Assembly (NCBI GenBank): GCA_951406725.2
Contig: OX597815.1
Span: 112,716,001-112,780,000 of the forward strand
Direction of reading: 5' to 3'
Length of the DNA stretch: 64,000 nt
Origin: Octopus vulgaris
Lineage: Eukaryota
Made by a program: the position numbers and the translations under genes. The notes beneath the pieces were generated by a model. It was not told where the DNA came from. It saw only the letters and a program-made list of their open reading frames with translations, and searched no databases. Shown one piece after another: positions 51,416 to 64,000 of this stretch (position 1 is the stretch's first letter; each line of letters begins with the position of its first letter).

Positions 51416-52271
51416 CTAACTTAAAGTGACCCGCTCTATGCGCGGGTGAGGGTGTGGTTGTTACTTTCTGTTTCTTATCGCCACATTCTCCCTCTTTGTG
51501 TCTCTCTCCTTTCTCCCTCACTTTCCCATTCTCTTACTCGTCCTTTCTCTCTGACTCTCCCTCGCTTTATCTTATTCTCTATCTTTCTCTATATCTCTCT
51601 CTCTCTCCCATTCATAAAAAACAAAAGACCTTGAGTAAGTTGAGAAAGAAAAATATTTTGAAAGATCAATCATGAATATCAAGCAGTGACAACGGAAAGC
51701 ACACTTGCCTTTTGTACGTGCCACTATTTGAGCGATTAAAACTAAGGAAAAAACGGATTTTTTTTGTTAAATTTAGTACTTATTTGGGGAATTTTTCGAC
51801 GACTGACAATGCAAAGGAAAGCTCTAAATACGGGCTACATGCAGCTGTAAATTTCTTTCAGAAAAAATGAAAACTGTAAACAATAAAAAATAAAAGGCAA
51901 AAATACGTAAAAATAAGAAATTTTTTCAACTTCAAATATCTTGCCTTAATTTTCAAAATTTCGCACCCATTTTCTGCGCTTAAATTACAAATCCGCTTCC
52001 ACTTTTCCATGTTGAAAATTTAATTGAAATCGAGCAAAAGGTGTCCAATCTAGACCCACCTCGCAAGTGTCGCCAAAAATCAATAAAATCCCCGTTTTCA
52101 CACCAATGCAACTACTGTAGCGCCCAATAATGTCTCCCAATCAATTTCTCACCTCAAGTTACACCCTCCTGTAAATTTTAATCCCCTTCCAGCCCCATTT
52201 AAACTCCTTTTAACATAAAAATCTAATTTGTATCAACGTTCACCTTCTTCATTTTATAGATTAGATATAGA
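51416..52271 (-). mobile_element. Non-autonomous Helitron
   Basis: Minus strand starts A^TCTATATCTAATCTATAAAATGAAG and ends with hairpin ACCCGCGCATAGAGCGGGT followed by CACTTTAAGTTAG^T. Confidence 0.65.
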
Positions 52272-52295
52272 TGTGTGTGTGGATGTATGTGTGTG

Positions 52296-52328
<33 letters not shown>

Positions 52329-52981
52329 AATAATAAAAATAATATCTATATATATGCATATGTTTGTATATGTTATAATTAAAATTCGAGAGTGAAAGAG
52401 AGAAACAGATAGATAGATATATAAATAGGTAGGTAGGTAGTTAGGTAGATAGATAGGTAGACATAAAAACAAGTATATATATATATATATGTATGTATAT
52501 ATGTCTGTGTATGTGTGTGTGTGTGTATGTTTGTTATCATATGGTTAAGTAGTTCACTTCGCAATCACGAAATCGTGGATTCGTCCCTATTGGTTAACAT
52601 TTCAGACAATTGTCTCCCCTAGCTGACCCTTGTTTTGTGACATAGGTTGTGAAGACGGAAATTGTAGATCCTGTCTGATGGAATGTACCCCTAATTTAAA
52701 CACCAATCCTAGTTGCATAAGGAGTCATGGTGGTCAGGCTTCGTCTTTACTTAAATGATACACGTGTCTGCGGAATACTCAGCCACTTTCATGTTAAGCT
52801 AATGATTGAACAACTAAAAGTTTATTGTTGTAAACGACACAGGGTCCAACATGCATGTATCCCCTCTGTTACTGGTTTCCATCATTAGACTTCATTTAAA
52901 TACATCTGGTCTAAAAAAGCGTTGAGGCCATATTTTTCGCAAATAGTACGAGACAACGGCCTGCTCATGTGTCACCTTTAA

Positions 52982-53099
52982 CCCTTTGAGCCCTGACCAC
53001 CTGAACCTTATTTTACCATATATCTAGCACCCCACCAGTGCTACGGTATAGAGAAAAATAAGCCATCCACCGGTAAACCAATGTTACGCGCTCAAAGAG
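52982..53099. mobile_element. piggyBac-like MITE
   Basis: TTAA at 52978-52981 and 53100-53103 flank imperfect TIRs CCCTTTGAGCCC / GCGCTCAAAGAG. Confidence 0.65.
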
Positions 53100-55580
53100 T
53101 TAAACGTTTCGTCTCTGCGCTGCTGGTGATGATAATGATGGTGATGACGACGACGACAATGATGATCTGCTCATGAATGACGTATTAATGTTGAGTTGGT
53201 GGTGATGATGATGATGATGATCATGTGACCATCAATGACGAATTAATGTTTGAGTCGATGATGATAGATTAATGATGAATAATATTGATTTTATTTTTAA
53301 AAATAGATTAAAATACAAATAAGTGAAACAAAATGATTGATTGAAAAATTTGAATTAGAATTTAATTAAAATAGGTTAATGACGCGTGGCATAACTAGCT
53401 TGTGGTACTAAACTACTTAGATATGTTGTATAACTATTAGTACTTAAAGTATTACTCCTACCACAAATAATAATAGTAATCTATGTGCTGTGAAGAGGAA
53501 ATGTTCAACCGTATTTTGCCTTTATTAACTCTTAAGTGCTTAAAAGAAAGTAAAAATGCGATGTGGCTTCGGTATCTGTCCGACAGGCATCAATGAATAT
53601 CGCTAAGACAAAAATAAAAGTAATGAGAGAGAAACGTGAAGTGGATTTGTTTGCCTGTCAAATGAACTCTACTAGCGGATGTAAAACATTCCTAATTATA
53701 CTTTTGGGCTCACAAGATTAATTTCCGAACTTAGCACCAAAAGTCAATATGAGTTGTGATTGGTGAACAATAATGAATGAGATGTCAAGGTAAAGGCTGA
53801 TAGCAAAGTTACAGTTTGACTCAGCCCTGACAACAAAATACAATATAATCGAACTAATGATGTCATTACAGTCTCCTAACGCAGAGAGAAACATCACAAA
53901 AAGTATGCGGTCGCTTCATAAGCAACACCCAAGAATCGAAGCTAAGTAGAATTCTGAAAGACAACAAAAATAAGAAAGCATACTGGCCGAGAATGAAAGT
54001 TATTGGTTTTGATACCATCTCAGCAGTGTAATGAATGCTCAGGTCAAGGTAATTAACCTGTATTGTCACACAGAGAACAGAGTTGCACATGTTTATGAAT
54101 AACATAGCTGTATTTGCTTTTACAACTTTGCTTCTGTGTTGTGAATATTTGATGTCGATTATATTTTTTTAAGTATTCCAATGATACGATACTAGCATAT
54201 CCCGCTTACATTTTATGTACTTAGCTTCTATAGTTCCCATATACTATGAAACTTTTAGTCATAATTCAGTGAGTACTTAGTTATAAAATTGTCAAAAATA
54301 TTAATGAAATCGGTCACGCAAATTGTGATATAAAATATATTAGCTATGTTATTATCAAAGCTGTCATAGTTACTAATTGATATCATATTCCGATACCGAT
54401 CTAATATTTTCTCTCTAACTGATATGATTCTGATTTCATATTCTCTAGTTACGTAAATTGTTATTTTCGTTTTTTAGTTTTTATGTCAGACATTTATCGG
54501 AATTGAGATGTCATTTGCTGTTTTGGTTGTAATTACATTAATGGCTTTGTTTAAACCTTTATATGTAGCATGAGGATGTATGTGTATGAATACTTATATA
54601 TATATATATATATATACATACATATACTCACGCATATTTGTCTATTCAAAACGTTTGTGTGAAAAATCAACCGATCACGGTTGACTTCACATTAGTTCTA
54701 TGTGATTGGTTTTTAACAGTATTTATTTTGCTTCCAGGGAAATCAACTACCTTCAATTTGATGGGAGCTGCAACTAATTATTCTAAGGAATAAGGTATGT
54801 AGAAAATTTTCTGTTCATGTTAAACGGTTATAATTCCAAGCCACAATACAATTGCGTAGATTGCCATATTTCATACGATACATTAATATTCTTGTATGAC
54901 AATGATAGATGGCAGTCATTTCCAAAAGAACATCGGTAATTTTGGTTTGGTTTTTACTTTTTCATTTGGGAATTACTTATCTTCATGAATTTACATTTCC
55001 TTTTATTGCTTTTACCTTTCTACCTTTCTACGTGTATATTCTTTTTCTTTTGCCATTAGTTATGATTCTACTTCAATTTAAAATTCAAATATATGTGTAA
55101 ATGTGCCGTATTTTGTTGTAAAATGGGAAGATATTTCTAAATTACGCGAATTATGAAAAAACGATTATGTTTTTTTCATAAATCTGTGCTATATGTATGC
55201 AAACAGAACGTGGTCTTTCTGAACACTATTATCTTTACAGTAAGCAGTACCGGTCGATTTAAACACGCGGTAAAAGCGCTGAAGATCTTATTTTATCGCG
55301 CAGCTTTCGAAAGCTTTCGAAAAACTTAGAAAAAAACCCACCTTTTATCAATTCAAGATGAACAATTAAATTACAGCATCTAGAAAATTATATAAAATAG
55401 AAATATTAAAATTAAAATAACAATAAAATGTCAATGATTAAGTAAATTGCAAAAAAATAATAATAATAACGTATATAGTTTTTTATGTATATATTATATT
55501 GTGTGAAATTTGATTTAGTATTTCTAAATTGAAGTTTTTTCCTTTAAGTTTGGATTTTATTCCCTCAAATAACAATAATT

Positions 55581-55618
<38 letters not shown>

Positions 55619-55641
55619 GTATATATGTGTGTGTGTGTATG

Positions 55642-55676
<35 letters not shown>

Positions 55677-55845
55677 ATGTATATATATATATATGTGTGT
55701 GTGTGTGTATGTATGTATATATATATAGTGGTTTTATCTCTAATTTAATATAATATAATATAATATATTTATACTATAAAATTGGATTTAATCCTAAATC
55801 TGACTTTTCCCTGGAAGTTTGGATTTATTCCCTAATATTTTATTA

Positions 55846-55895
<50 letters not shown>

Positions 55896-56036
55896 TATAC
55901 TATTATTAAAACTGCAAAATTATCGCATGGTTGTGGTTATTTTGAAACCTTTGTAAAAGGATACTACTCTACCTTCGCTATCTGACTACTATTTTTCCAC
56001 CTTGTTTTGCACTTATTTGCTCACCTGTATGTGTGC

Positions 56037-56070
<34 letters not shown>

Positions 56071-56207
56071 TATACATACTATTACACATACTTCTGTATT
56101 TTACGTTATATATATATATATATGTGGGCGTGTGTGTGAATATATATGTTTATATATAAATATGTGTGTGCGAGAGAGAGGGAAAGAGAGAAAGAGTGTG
56201 TGTGTGT

Positions 56208-56239
<32 letters not shown>

Positions 56240-56281
56240 TTATGGGTATATATGCATGTATATATATGTGTGTATGTGTGC

Positions 56282-56587
56282 TTTTGATTATATTTCTTTC
56301 AAGCCAAAACAACGCGAGTTATAAAAATAACACAGGTTAATAGTTTTACGTGATTTTCCAATACTTTGGGTTTAGGACCTCTTCCTCGGGAAATTTTAGG
56401 AGAAAAGTTGTTTTTCACTGACTTCACACATTATAGAACAAAGAAGGCAGCGTATAAGTATTTTTCTTAAAAGACCTCCTGAGGGAGGGTTCCTAACCCC
56501 AAAATAGTAAAATATCAGGATAAAGCATCAGCCAATATTATTTTTATAACTTGCATTGTTATGACTTTAAAAGAAATATAGTCAAAA
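56282..56587. repeat. Degenerate fold-back element with eroded HHR-like cores in both arms
   Basis: TTTTGATTATATTTCTTT..GAGTTATAAAAATAA pairs with TTATTTTTATAACTTG..AAAGAAATATAGTCAAAA. Plus arm CTGAGGGA-GGGTT-cct-AACCC-CAAAA-TA-GTA at 56479-56509. Confidence 0.7.
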
Positions 56588-56832
56588 ATATATATATATG
56601 AGACAATGCTTCATAAAAATTATACTAATCTCCCTCTCTCTCTCTCTATATATATATATATATTAATGGGATTACTATACATAAATGCCTCACGCTAAGA
56701 GGGACTCTTACAGTCAAAACTACTATTATAAATAAACACATTTATTATGGTAGTTTTGATTGTACGAGTCCCTCCTAGCGTGAGGCATTTATGTATAGTA
56801 ATGTCCTTAATATAAATAAATATATTTAAGAT

Positions 56833-57230
56833 GTGCAGGAGTGGCTGTGTGGTAAGTAGCTTGCTTACCAACCACATGGTTCCGGGTTGAGTCCCACTGT
56901 GTGGCACCTTGGGCAAGTGTCTTCTACAATAGCCTCGGGCCGACCAAAACCTTGTGAGTGGATTTGGTAGACGGAAACTGAAAGAAGGCTGTCGTATATA
57001 TATATGTATATATATATGTATGTGTGTGTATATGTTGTGTATCTGTCTTTGTACCCCCAACATCGCTTGACAACCGATGCTGGTGTGTTTAGGTCCCCTT
57101 AACTCAGTGGTTCGGCAAAAGAGACCGATAGAATAAGTACAGGGCTTACAAAGAATAAAGATTTGATTCGACTAAAGGCGGTGCTCCAGCATGGCCGCAT
57201 TCAAATGACTGAAACAAGTAAAAGGGAGTA
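56833..57230 (+). mobile_element. SINE family 1, full length
   Basis: GCAGGAGTGGCTGTGTGGTAAG..GGGTTGAGTCCC..ATGACTGAAACAAGTAAAAG. Confidence 0.85.
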
Positions 57231-57609
57231 ATGGATTTTTCCCTTATGCGGTTATTCACGCTAACTACTTGATAAATTCTTATAATGATTTTATCCTATT
57301 TTTCAATTATATATATATATATATATATCTTTTTCTGTGTGTTTGTGTGTGTGTGTGTATGTGTGTGTGTGTGTATTTGTGTGTGAGAGTGTGTAGTGTT
57401 TATTATTGATGAACGAAAAGGAAGATGGATTTATAATGAATCTTTATTCAGCATGAAGACCGTTTCGACCCATTCTGCAGCTGTCGTTTATGAGTAGGAT
57501 ATTGTGCATCTAGTTCTGTTGCACCAGTCAGTGCTGGCTGTGCCACTTCAGGTGCTTGGTGTAAAAAGAGATATCCTACTAGATATACTGCGTTCTCCTA
57601 TATATATAT

Positions 57610-57768
57610 ACGACGGGCTTCTTTTAGTTTCCGTCTACTAAATCAACTCACAAGGCTTTGGTCGACCCGAGACTATAGTAGAAGACATTTGCCCAAGGTT
57701 CCACGCAGTACGACTGAACCCGAAGCCATGTGGTTGGGAAGCAAACTTCTTTACCACACAGCCACGCA
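57610..57768 (-). mobile_element. SINE family 1, 5' half
   Basis: Reverse complement of the family-1 head (CTTCTTTACCACACAGCCAC). Confidence 0.8.
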
Positions 57769-58766
57769 TTTATATATGTGTATATATATATGTGTGTGTG
57801 TGTGTGTGTGAGTATAGCAAAATGGTTATTTTGTATGAATATATATGATAAAAGATATATTTGTATACAAATGCATCTATAAATATGTGTGTGTGTGTAT
57901 TTGTATACGTGTGTATTTGTATTTATAAATAGTAACAGAATGAACTGAACCACATGCATTAGTTCTAAAACTGTTCTTCATTTCTTGTTACATAAAATAT
58001 ATTTCTAAGATGTAACTTCACTGTAAATTCTTCACAACTTCTTAACTCCCCACGTTATCCTCAACTTCTTTTCCTACTCGAATTCGTGTAAATATCACTA
58101 GTCTTTTCTTTATTGTGATCAGAGAAGAATTCTTAAAATAGATTTGTTCCACACCATTTTAAGTAACTATTAACAGCTAAACAATATCCTCAAACTCAAA
58201 GATAAAAATAATCTGGACATAGTATTATAGCGTTTTCTTTTTGTTTAGACGAGTTTTCTCTCACACAATCTACTTCATATCGAATAGTTCATGAAATCGA
58301 ATCCTTTCAGCTGTCATTGCATTATTTACATAGGTATTTTTAATAGTAGATGTCCATCACTGTCCTTTTTATCTAGTCACGTATATATTTCACACTTAAG
58401 GCAAAAATCAGTAATGTTGTTTTTAAAGATCGGCAATCAAATTCTCTCAAAATCCTCCCGATTTTTTTCATCATAATATTCAATACATGGAAGATATACG
58501 AGATATGGAGATTTATGACGGTTTTAGTTTATTGAACCATTATACGCGTGTGTATGTGTATGTGTGTGTATGTGTATTTGTATAGATAAACTGACGTGTA
58601 TATAAGCACGCTTACACCCATCCACACACACATGAACATACACGTAAATAATAACACTAAAACAACCAAAATTCTTAAGGTTTTATGAAATATGTGCTCA
58701 GTGCTACCTTCGAATGCATCCACTTCATTTTATTCTTATTAAAGAATATAAGTATATATATGTATA

Positions 58767-58803
<37 letters not shown>

Positions 58804-58817
58804 CTATATATGTATAC

Positions 58818-58895
<78 letters not shown>

Positions 58896-61800
58896 ACATA
58901 TATATATATGTGCATATGCATACATACATACACACATGTGTATATTGCAAGCAACTTGTACTGATCGACACACACTTCACCGACTATCTACTGAACAACA
59001 CAACGATTTCGACACGTTCTGACTTTATCAACATCTAACGCCGAATAATAGAATTGCAGGAAATACCCAAGGTCATTCCGTCCTCAATGCAGAATACGTT
59101 TTTCTCACCGTCTCCATTTTCTACAGCTCATGCACCGAACTATTTTGTCATGGCAGTCTCTAAGGATTTGTTCTTTGTTCTCGGCAATTTATTGAGGGTA
59201 GCCTGGAGAAAAAATTCTTTAACAATTCTACAAAAACGACTTTGATAAAAACTTAAAATATAAATGCTGAGGTCAAATATAATATTACGAATATTCTATT
59301 TGTTTTTCATCTAATAGATATTTCTATTGAAATAGGGGAAGGGCTTCTAATAGTGTTTCGTTAGCCCTTGTAATCAAATGTGAAATTTTTATAAGTGATA
59401 ATTCCATTATAAGTTATAATTCACCCTAATTTTAGTATAATCGGTTAGGAGACAACGGTCAAAGTCAAGAGATAAAGATGGTGTAGGCATGCGAAAATAG
59501 ATATTTTTACTTTGGAACACAATCACAAATTTATCAGGTAACAAGTAAAGTTAATCTCAGAAATTTACCGCTACATATTGTAGTGGCTAGGAAGATAACA
59601 TGCAAACTTATTGCGAACATAGAGATGCATAATTAAATACCTTCAAAGAATTGTCTGTATAAACACTTGACCTACTAGAAATGGCGGCCAAAATCACACT
59701 AAAATCATACGTATATATGTGTATCTATATGTGAGTATGTGAGTGTGTGAGTGCATATACATACATAGATGTACGCTATCTGTATTTGATAGCGTATATC
59801 TGATCACATGAACGGTAGGAAGACTGGTTGCTTACGGCTAGAATGTCTACGATAATAAGTCTACTTAATCCGAGAAGATTTAAGGGTAAACATCAACAAC
59901 TGAAATAACTGCAATGGATTTGGTATGATGTTCTACTATTTTTGCTACTCCAACATCTTAAATAAGGATTTCTGATTTTTATGCAATTTCACAAATTTAA
60001 GTGAGGTTGTTGTAGATTTTATCGACCATGACATTTGGTTGGTACTTATTTTATCTACCCTGGAAGATGGTTCTGACAGACGTTGAACTTAGAAGGTGAA
60101 AGTTACAACAGATTGTACCACTCTATTGTCTTCAAGTAAGAATATCAAAATAACATAAGCATTTCTCTCAGATGTCTAGCTATAGATTTCATTTTAGATT
60201 TTATTTTTTCTTTACAACCAATTTAAATTTATTTTACTTCAAGCGAAGTCAAAAACTGCGTGACATATGTTGAATTCAATGAAAAAAATACTTAAGTTGT
60301 TTGGAAAAAATAATAATATATGAAAACTTCCGTATGACAATAACAGTTGGATAATCTTAAATGTCTTAAAGAGAATAATTTGTTTATTTCTTCACTTCAT
60401 GATGAAGAATAACCAAATTACACATTTTCTGGGTTTTATCATACTGAGTAGTGTTTATTATGATTGAAATTAACGCTCTTAGGTAAAAAAAAAAAAAGTG
60501 TCACTAAGAACACTCATTTATTTTTATCATTTTTAAAACTAATGCAACTTGAACAAAGTGCGTGGGAATGGTAACATTTTTAGAGAATCAGATAAATACT
60601 TGATGGTGATTTATTCTGGGTTTTTATGCTGAGTCCAAATTGCGCCGCAAAGAACTGTCTTGGGTGAATAAAATGAAGTACCAGTTAAGTTGGCGAAGTG
60701 GCAGAATCGTTAGCACTCCGGATAAAATACTTAGCGCTATTTCATCCGGTTTTATGTTCTGAGTTCACATGCCGCACAAATTGAATTTAACCGCATACTT
60801 CCGGGGTTGATAAGATAAATATCAGTTGAACACTGGAGTGATATAATCGACAAGCCTCTTTCCCCCAGATCCCAGGCCTTGTGCTAATGGCAGAAAAGAA
60901 AATAATATAGTAGTTAACTTTGAAACCATGTACCTATATGACAACCAATAATTAATACCTCAGGGTTTTTGTTGGTGGTGTTAGTGGTGATTTTGAAGAA
61001 AATTTAGCTGAATTATTCCTAGCAGATCAAGCAACCCTGCAAAGGCTCCCCTGTAAGATTTCCATGTTATGGTGATGTTTGTTCCGTGTATAATCCTGCG
61101 TCATTGCTGATGGGGTAGTGGTTCAGGTAATGAATATAATAAGTTGCTTTCAGAATGCATTTACATAACCCACGTTGAAGATAGTTAGATGGAATCATTC
61201 CATCTCAAATCAATCTTTTATTGGAATCGATCTCAGGACTTAAAGCTAATAAACTACTTATCAAATTGATGATGTTGCTCTTTTGCCTCAAGTGGAAATT
61301 TATACAAAGTTTTATTTAGTAAACTTATTTGCGTTCACGTTGGTCAGAGAGACAACGTAGAGGAAAAGTCACTACTGGTTGTTCAGTTGGTCGTCTGCTA
61401 TTGCCGGTGTTACTTTCATTAACCATATGAGGTTGACTTATAGTCATTCTCATCCATAGGGTACCGGGCTGCCATCGAGAGTCTAACGACTATCTTGACA
61501 TCGTTAATTGTGCTGTGTTCGTAAATAAAGCGCTGCTTTTTCGCTCTTAAACAGAATTATCAACCAACAAGGAAATTGAGGCCTAGTCACTCTACTTGTT
61601 AGAAATTGTAGCCAAAGCTACTCTCACGACTTCTTATTCATCTTTAGATTTGTAAGAATACACTGTATAATATAGCCACAGACGATACTTGTGTTTGAGT
61701 AAAAGATAAACATGTTCAGAAATATATCTATATGAATGAAAGTACAAAACATATGAAACTACAATAATAACTACAATATATACAACAACAACATAGACAT

Positions 61801-62047
61801 CAACATCAAATAAAACAAATTTCAACCGAAATAAAAGAAAAACTTCCTGAAATAGTCGGCGGCGTCAAAGAACGTTAAAACTTCTTGTTCATAAATTGAA
61901 ACAGAGACTTTATTCTTTTCTAAGCTGCCAACTGCTGTCATTTTATTATTAATTTTGTTTAAAGTGCAGAATCAGTACATGCTGCCAATTATGAGAATTC
62001 ATAAGGCAACAATGAGTGTTGATATATTTTCGTTGTTCTTCAGGGAA

Positions 62048-62087
<40 letters not shown>

Positions 62088-63263
62088 TTGTGTGTGCGTG
62101 CGAGCATATGTGTGTGTGAGTGTGTATGTTTGTGTATGCGTGCGTATGTGTTATGTCTAATATGGAAATACAAAATCATTAATATGGAAGAGCAACAATC
62201 TCCCATCCAGCAAAAACAAAAAAAACAAAGTAAATGAAACAAAGAAACAACGAAAAAACAAATACAAACTTACAATGAGTTCTTATCCAAAAAGAAGTTA
62301 CTTTTTGTTTTTCCAATATCATGGGTTTTGTGCAGTGGAACACATTCTTCCGTGTAAGAATATTGACAACTAAATTTAAATAGTAAAATGTCAAAGAGAA
62401 AATACATAAAGATGAGAGAACAGGCAACTCAATCATTTACACGGTTATTTCTTTATTCGAAGTTCATGATATAGGAACATATGTAAGGAGGATGGTGAAA
62501 TATGTAGAAATAATTGGCCACTGCATTTAGCTTTATTTGTTTGCGTTCTGAATAGAATTTTTTTTTTTTGTTTGATTTTAATTTCTATCAGTGGTACAAG
62601 TAATATACTGAGAGATCAAATGGATTATATAGCTTTCCATAACAAAAATTAACCTTTAACGTAGTAAAAATATTCGGTGTTATCAATCAGTATATTTATT
62701 CGCACCACATATATAGATACTCATGCAGAGACGTATACAAACACACGCATACACATATACATATTCACACACGTGTATACAATCATGTGTGGTTGCAGTA
62801 TCATTATTTTCGGTATTTAACTCCTACATTACGTCACTACTCGCTTACTTCTTGGTCTATATATCAAAGTTGTTAACATACAACCTGTGGAGGTAGAAAT
62901 ATACTAAAACTATATTGTAACTGGAGAGAGAATTCTGAAGCAGTATCGTTGTTTTGTTTTTTTGTTTTTTTTTTTGTTGTTTTTTTTGCTTTTTGTGTTT
63001 TTTTGTTAACTATAGTATGTTAAATTTTTCTCTCCGTATTCTTTCTCAAATTTGAGCGTTTATTGCAGCCCCGAAATATTTACAATTGTTTCTTCGTTTC
63101 CGTTGAAAACTTTTGTGAGTTACACTGGATTAAGATGAATTAAGATGCACTCTGTTGCGTCCAAATACACAAACACACATACATACATACATACATACAT
63201 ACATACATACATACATACATACATACATACATACATACATACATACATACATACATACATACA

Positions 63264-63668
63264 TGGTGGCTGCCCCCTCGTTATCGAGTATAGCCGTTGC
63301 ACTAAGCTTAATCAATGTTGTTTTCGTGCACTGCCTGTGGAAGAATTTTTTTTTTAAAGTGAAGAAAGGCTGTGCACTGAGTCAATCCCACTCACTAAGC
63401 AACAGCAGCCATAATCCGAAAACAAGAACAAGTCAACATCATCAGTAACCACTGAGCCGCAGGTTTTATGTCGGAGTTATCCCAGTTATCTGAGTTACTA
63501 TCTCCTAGAAGGATGCCCTAACAAAGGCTAGGTGTCCTTCACTCCCAATGGTTTAATCGCGCGATCGGGTATTCAGTCCGATTATTTCTATGTCCCCGCG
63601 CATGATACAGCCTTAAGACATTTATTGGATGGACGTTGGCTCTCAAGAGTTCCTCCGCCCTTTGACAT
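63264..63668 (-). mobile_element. Probable non-autonomous RTE-like retroelement (5'UTR plus 3' end, no ORF) within (TACA)n
   Basis: GC-richer 400 bp block between two (TACA)n tracts. The minus strand has GGCATCCTTCTAGGAGATAGTAACTC..AAAACC, resembling RTE 5'UTR motifs, and ends CTCGATAACGAGGGGGCAGCCACC(ATGT)n. Family assignment is from memory of motifs only. Confidence 0.4.
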
Positions 63669-64000
63669 GCATACATACATACATACATACATACATACAT
63701 ACATACATACATACATACATACATACACATACATACATGATATACAATTTTTTATCATTGATGAGCATTCTAGTGGGTAGCTACTTTGCCCGAATAGCCT
63801 ATTTTAGGGATCTTACCATGTATCTAATATCAGTTTCCCTTTAACTCCTTTTCTACGCTCTTTCTCGTACCCAGTGTATTTTCTCAACCTCTCACTTTTT
63901 CATATCTATTCACCACTATTAGCCGAGCCGATGTTTCAGATTCGTGTATCACTCTCTGTATCCCTTTCTCTCTTTTTTCTCTTTCACATATCTCTCTTTC

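Noticed and set aside
57455-57555. Degenerate HHR-like motif on the minus strand (similar weak cases at ~50845-50890, ~55218-55258 and ~37994-38013)
   Set aside because: Core mutations and missing stem I. They may be eroded pLTR relics but cannot be supported as ribozymes.
106-63844. Most ORFs in the six-frame track ([20 protein letters not shown], poly-N/L/I/C)
   Set aside because: They are translations of di-, tri- and tetranucleotide microsatellites, with no coding evidence.
1-64000. CRISPR array or prokaryotic operon
   Set aside because: No regularly spaced repeat-spacer array and no gene-dense coding region; the sequence is eukaryotic repeat-rich DNA.

Overview
AT-rich eukaryotic DNA full of microsatellites. 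The tRNA-derived SINE families look like those of octopus (Cephalopoda), which is an inference from recalled sequence rather than a search. I found no intact host protein-coding gene. Most ORFs in the supplied track are translations of microsatellites. The window is a mosaic of decayed mobile elements: at least five Penelope-like element (PLE) remnants (RT and/or GIY-YIG), including two Naiad-like elements joined tail-to-tail at ~38.42 kb; four 3' fragments of restriction-like-endonuclease (R4/Dong-like) LINEs sitting in ATAC/ATAG repeats; a DD37D Tc1/mariner remnant; non-autonomous Helitrons; a TTAA-flanked MITE; and many SINEs. The most notable signal is a set of minimal type-I hammerhead ribozyme (HHR) motifs. 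Two are canonical (28276-28399 and 38682-38773, both minus strand). Others carry compensatory C3-G8 core variants (G3-C8, U3-A8). Several non-coding fold-back (palindromic) elements of 150-900 bp carry one HHR motif per arm, so both strands encode a ribozyme. All coordinates were read by eye; repeat boundaries are approximate.
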